This document shows, in pieces, positions 1 through 9,006 of a stretch of DNA of 24,583 nucleotides; the stretch's first letter is position 1, and the number at the start of each line of letters is the position of its first letter. The stretch comes from Fibrobacterota bacterium (GTDB lineage Bacteria; Fibrobacterota; Fibrobacteria; UBA11236). The DNA is taken from assembly GCA_043753995.1 (NCBI GenBank), contig JAYUVP010000323.1, positions 1-24,583 on the forward strand. Direction: 5' to 3'. The notes under the pieces are model-generated. The model ran no database searches. It was given only the letters and a program-made list of their open reading frames with translations, and had not been told where the DNA came from. The translations under genes and the position numbers were made by a program.

Positions 1-1
1 G

Positions 2-424
2 GGCTGCGATGCCCGCCGACTCCGGCTCGATTTCGCGTAGGCCTTTTGCATCGAGGCGCGTCACGCCCACCAAGGCGTTGGCTTGAGCCTTGGCTGCCAA
101 GGCGTCGAGGCGGGGCAATTCACTTTCAGCCGTGGCGACAATGACCTTTCCACAAATTTCATGGGGCACACCTTGCTCGCGGGCGAAGTCTACGAGCTGC
201 TGATAGCCCTCACGGCATAGACGTGCTTTAGCACTGCCGGGCTTATAATAAATGCCCGAGTGAATGACGCCGCTATTGCGTCCGGTTTGGTGCTGGGCCA
301 GAGCCGCTTCTTTTTCCAGCAGCAAAAGTTTGAGACCGGGATTTTTTTTCAGGAGGCTATAAGCTGTTGCAAGACCTACGATGCCGCCACCGGTGATGAG
401 GATGTCGGTTGGGTAGGAAGTCAT
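2..424 (-). CDS. lhgO: L-2-hydroxyglutarate oxidase / FAD-dependent oxidoreductase (5' part only; runs off the window start)
   Basis: Not in the ORF track. Manual translation from ATG at 424 gives MTSYPTDILITGGGIVGLATAYSLL...LLEKEAALAQHQTGRNSGVIHSGIYYKPGSAKARLC: a GxGxxG Rossmann motif plus the QTGRNSGVIHxGIYYxPGS signature of the LhgO family. The ATG overlaps the upstream TGA (ATGA). Confidence 0.9.
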   Translation of the reverse strand, partial: MTSYPTDILITGGGIVGLATAYSLLKKNPGLKLLLLEKEAALAQHQTGRNSGVIHSGIYYKPGSAKARLCREGYQQLVDFAREQGVPHEICGKVIVATAESELPRLDALAAKAQANALVGVTRLDAKGLREIEPESAGIAA

Positions 425-1224
425 AACCTTTTTCTGACGTTGTAAATGATTTCTTTGGTAAAAATTCCAGTGGTCCCTTTTTCGTCGTCCTCGGTCCTTC
501 CACCCATGATGATGCGAACGTAAATTTGGGTCGCGGTCGTATCCATCAGGTTTTTCAGCGGAACCGTTAAGGCAATGTCTCCCCTGCTTTTCAGGGAATC
601 ATAGGCCGAAACCATACCATATTTGCCTGTATAGTTTCCCGAGACTAAAGACCCGTGTTCGATGTCGATGATATAGCGAGTATAACTATACCCTGTCCCA
701 TTGATTTCGTAGTGCAGTTGCAGCCCAAATTCACCTGAAGCGTACAATTCCTCCTCGGTCGAAGCCTTCACTATGACCAATTTGAAATCCTGATCACGGA
801 TAGTGTTGCAATTTGTAAAATTGCTGGTCTTGCTGAAAACCCAGTCACCGGAGTCCGCTTTAATATGGCTGCGGGTACCGATTAGATCTCCGGCGGGATT
901 ATTATAAAAAAGGCTGGGGCCTCGCCAAATAGAGTCATTGATATTCTGTAAGTAAATGGAATCATGAACCCTATTCATTGCCATAGCGAGATGCGGCACA
1001 TAACAAACCCTGACCCTTAAATCCTGGTTTTCCACCAAGCCAAAAAAGCGAAGGCTGTCGGAATCCACATGGATCATGAACAATTGTGTGGGATACCTTA
1101 ATTTCGGCGGCGATGACTTCAAGACCCAGAGATTGTTGGCCGACGCACCAGTATTTTCAGAAACCTGACAACCGGAAAAAATCGCACATCCAAGTGAGCT
1201 AAGCAAAGCGAATATTCTTTTCAT
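421..1224 (-). CDS. Hypothetical lipoprotein
   Basis: 267-aa ORF with N-terminus MKRIFALLSSLGCAIFSG-C (lipobox-like). No recognisable domain. More AT-rich than its neighbours. Stop overlaps the lhgO start. Confidence 0.7.
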   Translation of the reverse strand: MKRIFALLSSLGCAIFSGCQVSENTGASANNLWVLKSSPPKLRYPTQLFMIHVDSDSLRFFGLVENQDLRVRVCYVPHLAMAMNRVHDSIYLQNINDSIWRGPSLFYNNPAGDLIGTRSHIKADSGDWVFSKTSNFTNCNTIRDQDFKLVIVKASTEEELYASGEFGLQLHYEINGTGYSYTRYIIDIEHGSLVSGNYTGKYGMVSAYDSLKSRGDIALTVPLKNLMDTTATQIYVRIIMGGRTEDDEKGTTGIFTKEIIYNVRKRL

Positions 1225-1277
1225 CTTAATAGCTCTTTTTCGGATGCTGGGTTGAGAAGTCTAGGGCGGTTTCCGCT

Positions 1278-2555
1278 TCACTCTTCCTCGGATAGATAAC
1301 CCTGAAAGGCCTTGCGTCCATGCGAAAGCAGGCCATAGCCAATCAAGGCGCCCATGCCCGCGCTCAGCACATCGGTGATGTCGGGATAACGTCCCGGGAT
1401 AAAGCCCTGCGAGATTTCCAGTAAGACGCCGGTGGCCATGGCCGCCCCAATCGCTAAAGCCCAAGTCAGGGCTTGGCCGGGCAGCAAATAGGCCCAGCAA
1501 AATCCCAAAGGGGCCCACACTAAGGCATCTTCGATAAAGCGCGCCAGGGCCAGAAAAGAGGTTTGCGCGTATTCCGCCAGGAAAGGCATCAAATTGATAT
1601 CGGCCTGCCACGGTCCGAAATGAAAGGGATGCAATTCCTTAAGCGCCGCCGAAGCCGCCACGCATACATAGACCAATAAGGCACCGAAAAGGGGGTAGCG
1701 GCGCCAGCCTTGCACGGGAACTAGCACGGCACCTATCCATGAGCCGAGGACCAAGACTAAGCAATCCTGAAAGGCCGGTCCGCGCGAGGAGACAATCATT
1801 TGGCAAAGCTCAAGGCCGATTCCGAAACCCGAGGCGACTATCCCTGCTAAAAATATGCGAACAGCGGCATGACCGATGTCACGCTGTTTCAATAAGCGCC
1901 CTAAAAACATGGCCAACAAAATTTGTCGGCCGAGAAAAATCAAATCGTCGGAGGGCAAATCCAAAGCGAAAGGATGAGCCAGTAGGCCATGAATCTTGCT
2001 TTTGAATTGGCCGAAATCGAGAGTGAAATCAAAGGGCGCGAGCTCGCCCACGAAAACCAAAGCGGCGAAGGCTAAGGCGGGATAAGCCGCTTCGCTGGCC
2101 CCGAAAGCTTTCACCTCGGCATGGTGGGCAAACCCATGGACCGCACGGCGTAAAACCATAGCCCCCAGCACACCCAAAGCCGTGCCCAGGGTATTGAAGA
2201 CCAAGTCGGTGAAGGCTGGCGTACGGGTGTCGGAAAGTACTTGCACCGCTTCCACAAAAAGACTTAAGGCGCTGCCCATTCCGACAATGGCTAGGGCTTT
2301 CCAGCGCCGGTTTTTATCGCGTATGGCCGTCCATCCGAGAAAACCGAAAGGAAGGAAAAGCAAAACGTTTTGCACATCGTCGAAAAGCGAATTCGAATAG
2401 CCCGGCAAAAGGGGATACCAATTGATGCGATGCAAACGAGCGGCAATATGATCGGGGCTGAGATTGAAGGAAAAGGGTATGGTGGTGCCGTATATAATGA
2501 AGGCGGCGAAGGACAGCCAAAGCAAGCGGCTCAATTGTTTGCGTGATGTAGGCAT
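1278..2555 (-). CDS. VanZ-family multi-pass membrane protein (three VanZ-like repeats)
   Basis: DDVQNVLLFLPFG...VEAVQVLSDTRTPAFTDLVFNTLG matches the VanZ motif. Related units recur as LELCQMIVSSRGPAFQD and LEISQGFIPGRYPDITD. Many hydrophobic segments. Confidence 0.85.
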   Translation of the reverse strand: MPTSRKQLSRLLWLSFAAFIIYGTTIPFSFNLSPDHIAARLHRINWYPLLPGYSNSLFDDVQNVLLFLPFGFLGWTAIRDKNRRWKALAIVGMGSALSLFVEAVQVLSDTRTPAFTDLVFNTLGTALGVLGAMVLRRAVHGFAHHAEVKAFGASEAAYPALAFAALVFVGELAPFDFTLDFGQFKSKIHGLLAHPFALDLPSDDLIFLGRQILLAMFLGRLLKQRDIGHAAVRIFLAGIVASGFGIGLELCQMIVSSRGPAFQDCLVLVLGSWIGAVLVPVQGWRRYPLFGALLVYVCVAASAALKELHPFHFGPWQADINLMPFLAEYAQTSFLALARFIEDALVWAPLGFCWAYLLPGQALTWALAIGAAMATGVLLEISQGFIPGRYPDITDVLSAGMGALIGYGLLSHGRKAFQGYLSEEE

Positions 2556-2626
2556 GGAAGATGGAAAAGCTAATTGCAGTGACTCAAGCTGGTTTTAAAA
2601 CTCCCCCGGGACCCATAGCGCAGTTC

Positions 2627-3390
2627 TTACCAGAGATTTAGGCGAGTGGATAATGCGGTGCGGCAATGTCCCTGTGGGTTCACCTCGCTTACTCCTAGCA
2701 TGAAGGCTTTCCATTTTGGGTGCATGGCCCGGAAGCGATCGGGGGAGAGGCGGGAGTCTTGGCTAAGCTCGACGCGGCCGCCAAAAAGCAGAATCAAATC
2801 GTCCAAAGCGTCGAGGCGACGCCCGGAAACAAAACGCAGGCAGGCCTCGATGCCCATCTCCTCACGACCGGGTGACTGAATGGGGAATGCAAGACCCACG
2901 ATATCGGATCCTTCCGTCCGGAGGCCAATCGCAAAGCCGCCGTCGTTTCACACCCGTCTGTGTCAGACACGTAGACCAAGCCTCACCCACGAAGTTTTCA
3001 AAGCCACCCAAGCGGTCATGATTTCGCCCTCGTGAATTGGAGGCAATGGCACTACCCCGGCTCATTCCTGGGTTCTCCGGCAAGACGGGCAAGCAAAATC
3101 CTAAGGGCAAGAGAAAGCGCATCAAATCAGGGCAACCGACGCCGCTAGAGGACGTGAGCCATCCGGAATCAGCATGGAATTCCAGCCAAGGACTTAACCC
3201 CGCGGTGGAAACCGGGCGATGGCCTGCCGCTGGCCTGGCCTGCATCGCCGCCGCTCTAAAACCCAAACCCCGTGGAGAGTAAGGCTCGGCAAGGGCCAAG
3301 CCCAATTCCGTCTCGGAAAGCGGTCGCAGCACCGTCAAATCCGGATCGCGAAGTCCCCAGGGGTCGAAAAACCGCTTGACCCATTTTACG
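2627..3390 (-). pseudogene. Degenerate DprE1-like FAD-binding oxidoreductase (frameshifted, central part missing)
   Basis: The 2862..3338 frame carries decayed FAD_binding_4 motifs (PWG..RP, PRGLG, FLLPLGFCLPVLP, AIASNSRGRNHDRLGGF resembling AIANDVHGKNHHxxGSF). The 2627..2899 frame carries the DprE1-type C-terminus (LDDLILLFGGRVELSQDSRLSPDRFRAMHP...LSTRLNL). The two are in different frames, with no in-frame ATG and ~250 codons in total versus ~440 expected. Confidence 0.7.
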
Positions 3391-3486
3391 ATGCGGTTTC
3401 CTCGAAGTCATTTGTGACAAAGTGCCAGTCCTGTCTACCTTGAAGCCTTGATTCCCATTTCATCCCACCCCTACCGGAGAATAACC

Positions 3487-4092
3487 ATGGCTCACACTCT
3501 CGCCCCCCTGCCTTATGCGCATGATGCGCTCGAACCCCATTACGACAAAGCCACGCTGGAAATCCATCACGGCAAACATCATCAGACCTATGTCAACAAC
3601 CTAAATGCCGCCCTCGAAGGCCATCCTGATTTGCAAGCCAAAAGTCTCGACGCTTTGCTCAGCGATCTCAGTGCCGTGCCCGAAGGAATTCGCCGCAAGG
3701 TGATCAACCAAGGCGGCGGCATTTGGAATCACAATTTGTTCTGGGCCGTCATGGGCCCGAAAAAAGGTGGCGCTCCCACCGGCAAAATCGGCGAAGCCAT
3801 CACCGCCTCCTTCGGTAGCTTCGATGCTTTCAAAGCCAAGTTCAAGGAAAGCGCTCTCGCCATGTTCGGGTCGGGCTGGACCTTCCTGCTCGTGAACAAA
3901 AGCGGCGCACTCGAAATCCAAAACTGGGGCAATCAAGAATGCCCAATCTCCACCGGCCTCAAACCCGTGCTGGTTGTCGACGTTTGGGAACACGCCTATT
4001 ACTTGAAATTCCAAAACCGCCGCGCCGACTGGGTCGATTCCTGGTGGAATGTGGTGAATTGGGACAAGGTGAACGAGTTGTACGCGGGGTAA
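3487..4092 (+). CDS. sodA: Superoxide dismutase, Fe/Mn family (probably Mn-type)
   Basis: HHGKHHQTYV, GGGIWNHNLFW, FGSGW and DVWEHAYY motifs. GGG and NQ residues are Mn-type determinants. ATG 3487 is preceded by GGAGA. Confidence 0.93.
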   Translation: MAHTLAPLPYAHDALEPHYDKATLEIHHGKHHQTYVNNLNAALEGHPDLQAKSLDALLSDLSAVPEGIRRKVINQGGGIWNHNLFWAVMGPKKGGAPTGKIGEAITASFGSFDAFKAKFKESALAMFGSGWTFLLVNKSGALEIQNWGNQECPISTGLKPVLVVDVWEHAYYLKFQNRRADWVDSWWNVVNWDKVNELYAG

Positions 4093-4446
4093 GTTTCCCC
4101 CTCGGTCGAGCCTCCTCGGCGCTTTGACGCGAAAGTCTGATGTCACCGCAATCCGGGCGGGACTCGGACAGCCGCCTCTCCACAAGTGTCGAGGCGGAAC
4201 TCGCCCGTCCGTTTGCGGTGACCGCCTTTCGCTCGCCATCCCCAGGGGACTCGGCGCGCGGGTTCACCTTTCCCGCCTTATTCACGCCAGGAGCATTTCC
4301 CTGGAGCCGAATTGCGCCTGCGGGGTCTTTCCCTTCCCCCTCTGCCCCAAGGGGCGCCTTCCCTGTAGCGCGTAGGTTACTCCCCGGAATTGGTGTTTCC
4401 CTGGGGGCGCGCGAAGGCGGTCGGCGCTTTGCGCCTTCCTGTTCGC
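4086..4446 (+). repeat. Structured intergenic repeat element, copy 1 (candidate ncRNA or non-autonomous element)
   Basis: Collinear blocks shared with 9838-10210: 4093-4120 (27/28 identical), 4238-4255 (17/18), 4295-4307 (13/13), 4316-4334 (18/19), 4409-4446 (38/38). Nested stems 4129-4135/4226-4232 and 4142-4151/4213-4222. Confidence 0.85.
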
Positions 4447-4449
4447 CCG

Positions 4450-5475
4450 CTACACCTTATAATACTCGCGATACCAATCGACGAAGCGCGCCACGCCTTC
4501 GGTCACCGGGGTGGCGGGCTTAAAGCCGACATCCTTTTCCAAATCGGAAACGTCGGCCATGGTATCGGGCACGTCGCCAGGTTGCAAGGGCAGCATATTC
4601 ATTTCGGCTTTGACACCGAGCTTCAGCTCCAAAGCGTGGATATAGTCGAGCAATTCCACGGGCTGATTATTGCCGATATTGTATAGGCGATAGGGTGCCT
4701 TGCTCGTAGCGGGATCCGGATTCATGCCATCCCATTGTTCATTGGCCGTGGCGACATTAAAAAGGGTGCGATACACGCCCTCGACGATGTCGCCGACATA
4801 GGTGAAATCGCGCTTGTGATGGCCGTGATTAAAAACATTGATGGGCTTGCGGGCAAGCATGTTTTTGGTGAACAAGAACAAAGCCATGTCGGGGCGGCCC
4901 CAGGGGCCATAGACCGTGAAAAAGCGCAGGCCGGTGGTGGGTAGGCCGAAAAGGTGGCTATAGCTGTGGGCCATCATTTCATTGGCTTTTTTCGTGGCGG
5001 CATAAATTGACAAGGGATGATTCGCCCCTTCATGCACCGAGAAAGGCATGTGCAAATTGCCGCCATAAACCGAACTAGTGGAGGCATAGGTGAGATGCTT
5101 CACGCCGTGATGGCGGCAGGCTTCCAGAATATTGGTAAAGCCCACGATATTGCTGTCGATATAGGCGCGCGGATTCTCAATGCTATAGCGCACGCCCGCT
5201 TGCGCCGCCAAGTTGACGACACCGTCTGGCTTGTATTCAGTAAAGGTTCGGGTGACCAAGTCGTTATCAGCCAAGTCGCCTTTCACGAAGGAAAAGCGCC
5301 CGTCCTGATTGAGCAAGCCGAGCCGGGCTTCTTTCAATTTTGGGTCATAATAGCTGTTGAGATTGTCCAGGCCGACGACGCGATGTCCGCGAGCCAGAAG
5401 CAATTGGCTCAAATGGAAACCGATAAAACCGGCGGCGCCGGTGACAAGCACATTGGCTGGAGAAGTAGCAAGCAT
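4450..5475 (-). CDS. NAD-dependent epimerase, UDP-glucuronate 4-epimerase type
   Basis: [49 protein letters not shown] and RDFTY motifs (extended SDR, Uge/LpsL/CapI-like). Confidence 0.93.
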   Translation of the reverse strand: MLATSPANVLVTGAAGFIGFHLSQLLLARGHRVVGLDNLNSYYDPKLKEARLGLLNQDGRFSFVKGDLADNDLVTRTFTEYKPDGVVNLAAQAGVRYSIENPRAYIDSNIVGFTNILEACRHHGVKHLTYASTSSVYGGNLHMPFSVHEGANHPLSIYAATKKANEMMAHSYSHLFGLPTTGLRFFTVYGPWGRPDMALFLFTKNMLARKPINVFNHGHHKRDFTYVGDIVEGVYRTLFNVATANEQWDGMNPDPATSKAPYRLYNIGNNQPVELLDYIHALELKLGVKAEMNMLPLQPGDVPDTMADVSDLEKDVGFKPATPVTEGVARFVDWYREYYKV

Positions 5476-5566
5476 GGTCGGTAATGTTAAGAATTTGAGA
5501 TGGCTGGAAGGGTCATGTCAAGGAGGCCTTGCTACCTTGGCAGCCCGGTTTTAAGCAGGAGATCCT

Positions 5567-5884
5567 ATGTCGACAGCATTCAGCAATGTCACCGTAACAC
5601 CCAAGGCCAATATTTATTTCGATGGCAAGGTGGTGAGTCATACCGTGCAATTCGCCGATGGCAGTAAAAAGACCTTGGGGCTCATTTATCCCGGCGAATT
5701 CAAATTCAATACCGGGGCGCCCGAACGCATGGAAATCATCGCTGGCACATGCCGCGCGCGCCTCAAAGGCGAAGTCGAATTCAAATCTTTTGCCGCTGGA
5801 ACCCATTTCGACGTGCCGGGCAATGCCCATTTCGACATCGCCGTCGATAGCGGCATCGCCGAATACATTTGCAGTTTCTTGTAA
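5567..5884 (+). CDS. ppnP: Pyrimidine/purine nucleoside phosphorylase (DUF1255/YaiE cupin)
   Basis: KANIYFDGKVVSH...KTLGLIYPGEFKFNTGAPERMEI...EYICSF. AGGAGA RBS upstream. Confidence 0.9.
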   Translation: MSTAFSNVTVTPKANIYFDGKVVSHTVQFADGSKKTLGLIYPGEFKFNTGAPERMEIIAGTCRARLKGEVEFKSFAAGTHFDVPGNAHFDIAVDSGIAEYICSFL

Positions 5885-5949
5885 GTCCCTGATTTTCGAA
5901 AGTCGGGATGCCGTCTTGTGATTAGGGCATAGGCTGGGAATCGGGTGAT

Positions 5950-7239
5950 TCACAGCCGCCATAATTCGACGCCAGCGGGTTTTTGATCCCGAGGCAGGAC
6001 ATGCTTCAAATCCGCTACCACGCCTTGGCCGTCCTTGAGGCGCTTGCGCACCAAATCCCATCCACCTTGCTTATAGGCCTGGTGGGATACGGCCACGATG
6101 ACACCGGCCGCGGGCCGCAATTCTTCCATGGGCATCAATTGGATGCCGTATTCGTGCTCGGCTTCTTCGGGATATGCCATCGGATCGGTGACTTGCACTT
6201 CGACTCCATAGCGTTTCAATTCCGAAATGATGTCCACGACCTTGGAATTACGCAAATCACTCACATTTTCTTTAAAAGTGAGCCCAAGGATGGTGACTCG
6301 CGGCTTGCCTCCGTCGAAACGGGCGCAACCGCCTTGAAGCAATAAGCGAATGACTTCCTGGGCGACAAAGGAGCCCACATTGTCATTGATGCGGCGACCG
6401 CTCAAAATCACTTGCGGGATATAGCCCAAGGCTTCGGCTTTATGCGTCAGATAATAGGGATCGACGCCGATGCAATGGCCGCCGACCAGGCCGGGTGTGA
6501 AGGGCAAAAAATTCCATTTGGTGCGAGCCGCTGCCAGCACATCCATGGTGTCTATGCCGATACGGTGAAAGATGAGAGACAGCTCATTGATCAAGGCGAT
6601 ATTCAGATCGCGCTGGGTGTTTTCAATGACCTTGGCGGCTTCGGCGACCTTGATGCTGGCGGCCTTATAGACTCCGGCCTTGACCACCTTGGCATAGGTC
6701 GCGGCCACGATGTCGAGGGTTTCCTCGTCCATGCCCGAAACCACCTTGGTGATTTTGGTGAAGGTATGTTCCTGATCGCCGGGATTGATGCGCTCCGGAC
6801 TATAGCCGATTTTAAAATCGACCCCGCATCTCAGGCCTGAAGTCTTTTCGAGGATGGGCAGACAAACTTCCTCGGTGGCTCCTGGATAAACCGTGCTTTC
6901 ATAAACCACGATATCGCCCTTCTTGAGCTGACGGCCTACGGTTTCCGAAGCGCGGCGCAAGGGGGTAAAGTCGGGCCGATTAGCCCCATCCACGGGGGTA
7001 GGCACGGTGACAATCAGGAAATCGGCGAGTTTCAACCGATTTTCGTCGGTGGTGAAATCGACGTCTATGCCGCGAAATTCCTCAGGTGCCACATCCCGGT
7101 TGCGATCGCGTCCCTGCTTCAATTCCTCCACGCGCTTGGCATTCACGTCGAAGGCAATGACCTTGCCTTGTTTGCCAAAATAAAGGGCTATGGGCATGCC
7201 CACATAACCCAGTCCGATGACGGCGATTCTTCTTTCCAT
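5950..7239 (-). CDS. Nucleotide-sugar dehydrogenase, UDP-GlcNAc/GalNAc 6-dehydrogenase (TviB/WbpO-like)
   Basis: GLGYVG, ESTVYPGATEE, YSPERINPGD, AEAAKVIENTQRD, GGHCIGVDPYY and GLTFKEN motifs. Confidence 0.93.
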   Translation of the reverse strand: MERRIAVIGLGYVGMPIALYFGKQGKVIAFDVNAKRVEELKQGRDRNRDVAPEEFRGIDVDFTTDENRLKLADFLIVTVPTPVDGANRPDFTPLRRASETVGRQLKKGDIVVYESTVYPGATEEVCLPILEKTSGLRCGVDFKIGYSPERINPGDQEHTFTKITKVVSGMDEETLDIVAATYAKVVKAGVYKAASIKVAEAAKVIENTQRDLNIALINELSLIFHRIGIDTMDVLAAARTKWNFLPFTPGLVGGHCIGVDPYYLTHKAEALGYIPQVILSGRRINDNVGSFVAQEVIRLLLQGGCARFDGGKPRVTILGLTFKENVSDLRNSKVVDIISELKRYGVEVQVTDPMAYPEEAEHEYGIQLMPMEELRPAAGVIVAVSHQAYKQGGWDLVRKRLKDGQGVVADLKHVLPRDQKPAGVELWRL

Positions 7240-7304
7240 GGACCCTAGGTTATCAAAAGATTACCCCCCAAGTCACCTATATTTATCGAAGAGGTCACTT
7301 TTTT

Positions 7305-8432
7305 ATGCCCATATCTCCCGCCATCGATGAAGCCAAGGTTTTACAGGCCTTGAAGGCCGTACGCGATCCCGATTTACACAGGGACATTGTCGAGCTCGGT
7401 TTCGTGAAAAACATGAAAATCGAAGCTGGCAAGGTGGCCTTCGATGTCGAATTGACAACCCCGGCTTGCCCCGTCAAGGAAGACCTCAAGCGTCAATGTG
7501 TCGAATTCGTTTCGCAATTGCCCGGCGTGCAAAGCGTCGAAGTGACCATGACGGCCCAGCCTGTCAAAGCCACGGGTGGCAAGCGCACCGAGAATTTGGA
7601 AAAAGTCCGCCATATCGTGGCCATCGCCTCGGGCAAAGGCGGCGTGGGCAAAAGCACGGCCACCGCCAATCTGGCCGTGGCCTTGGCCCAAACCGGCGCC
7701 CGCGTGGGCGTGCTGGATGCCGACATTTACGGCCCCTCCATGAACATGATGTTCCATGTACAAGAGGCGCCTGTGCTGGACGACAAGCAAAAGCTGCATC
7801 CGGTCATCGTGAACGGTATCAAGATCGTTTCCATGGCCATGTTCGCCGACGATGAAAAGCCGGTGATTTGGCGCGGCCCCATGGTATCGCAGATGATACA
7901 GAATTTCGTTCACAATGTGATTTGGGGCGAACTCGACTATTTACTCATCGACATGCCCCCGGGCACCGGCGACGTGCAATTGACCTTGACCCAGAGCGCC
8001 CCCTTATCGGGCGGAATCATTATCACCACGCCTCAAGACGTCTCCGTGCTCGACGCCAAAAAAGGCCTGAAAATGTTTCAACGCGTCTCGGTGCCAGTGC
8101 TGGGTGTGGTCGAGAACATGAGTTATTTCATTTGTGATCAATGCGATAAGAAGCACTATATATTTCGCCAAGGTGGCGGCCAGCGCATTTCCACCTCGCT
8201 TGGCCTTCCCTTTTTGGGCGAAGTGCCGCTTGAGCCCGAAGTGGCCGTGGGTGGAGACCTAGGCACGCCCATCGTGCGCCGGGCCCCCGAGTCGACCTCG
8301 GCCAAGGCCTATCGCGACATCGCCGGTGCCATGGCCTCCCAGCTTTCCATCCTCACCGCTGCCCGGGGCGATGTACTCGGCGACTACGAATACAAATGGG
8401 AAGATTTGCCGATGGCTGAGGCCACGGTTTAA
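7305..8432 (+). CDS. apbC: Mrp/NBP35 family Fe-S cluster carrier ATPase with N-terminal DUF59
   Basis: N-terminal DPDL..DIVELG...LTTPACP (DUF59), SGKGGVGKST deviant Walker A, DADIYGPS, WRGPM, DMPPGTGD, ENMSYFICDQC. Confidence 0.93.
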   Translation: MPISPAIDEAKVLQALKAVRDPDLHRDIVELGFVKNMKIEAGKVAFDVELTTPACPVKEDLKRQCVEFVSQLPGVQSVEVTMTAQPVKATGGKRTENLEKVRHIVAIASGKGGVGKSTATANLAVALAQTGARVGVLDADIYGPSMNMMFHVQEAPVLDDKQKLHPVIVNGIKIVSMAMFADDEKPVIWRGPMVSQMIQNFVHNVIWGELDYLLIDMPPGTGDVQLTLTQSAPLSGGIIITTPQDVSVLDAKKGLKMFQRVSVPVLGVVENMSYFICDQCDKKHYIFRQGGGQRISTSLGLPFLGEVPLEPEVAVGGDLGTPIVRRAPESTSAKAYRDIAGAMASQLSILTAARGDVLGDYEYKWEDLPMAEATV

Positions 8433-8480
8433 GCCCCCTGGGGCCCCTGTGATGCGCATTCCTTCTACCTTTGGTTGGCC

Positions 8481-8780
8481 ATGAAAATTACCGCCCCAGT
8501 TCGCATCCACCGCGAAGCCGATAACGCCTTGCGAATCGCCTGGAATGACGGCTCGGTGGACACCTTTCCTGTGCATGCCTTGCGCCTAGCTTGCCCCTGC
8601 GCTGCCTGCGTGAATGAGTGGACAGGTGAAAAAATCCTCGACGCCGCGCGGGTGCCGGCCGAGGTCAAGCCGGTCAAAATCTTCTCGGTCGGCCGATACG
8701 CCATGGGCATCCATTGGAGCGATCGCCATACTACGGGCATTTTTTCCTATGACTACCTCAAAAAACTGGCCTTGAAATAG
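8481..8780 (+). CDS. DUF971 / GBBH-like N-terminal domain protein
   Basis: LRIAWNDG, LRLACPCAAC and VGRYAMGIHWSDRHTTGIFSYDYL motifs. Confidence 0.88.
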   Translation: MKITAPVRIHREADNALRIAWNDGSVDTFPVHALRLACPCAACVNEWTGEKILDAARVPAEVKPVKIFSVGRYAMGIHWSDRHTTGIFSYDYLKKLALK

Positions 8781-9006
8781 GGTCAATACCGAGGCTTAAC
8801 TCTTCATGGTTGACAAGGCCAAAGAAAGGCCGCCACAATAGAGTTGTCGGTAAGGTCGTACCCTTTGGAACAGGGGTCGGCTGTCAGATTGACAGAAGCT
8901 GTTTACCTGGTGGATAGGACCATCGGACTTTGCAGCTTGTGTCATGTCAGGATAGGGTTGTAAATTTCGCCGACAGGCGACAATAGCTTGCAAGGGGCCG
9001 ACATCC

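Noticed and set aside
4137..4232. CTGATG as a possible hammerhead ribozyme core
   Set aside because: The sequence is CUGAUGU, not CUGANGA, and no GAAA follows the stem in either copy.
4086..4446. Repeat as a CRISPR array, group II intron, RNase P RNA or tRNA
   Set aside because: No regular 25-45-nt repeat-spacer pattern or cas genes, no recognisable domain V, no RNase P conserved regions and no cloverleaf.
3959..4686. ORFs crossing repeat copy 1 that share peptides (SPGDSAR, AKAVGALRLPVR, AEEARPR) with ORFs at 9687-10444
   Set aside because: The shared peptides come from the DNA repeat. The conserved ATTTCCCTGGAGC block is read in different frames in the two copies and starts and stops are not conserved, so these are not coding.
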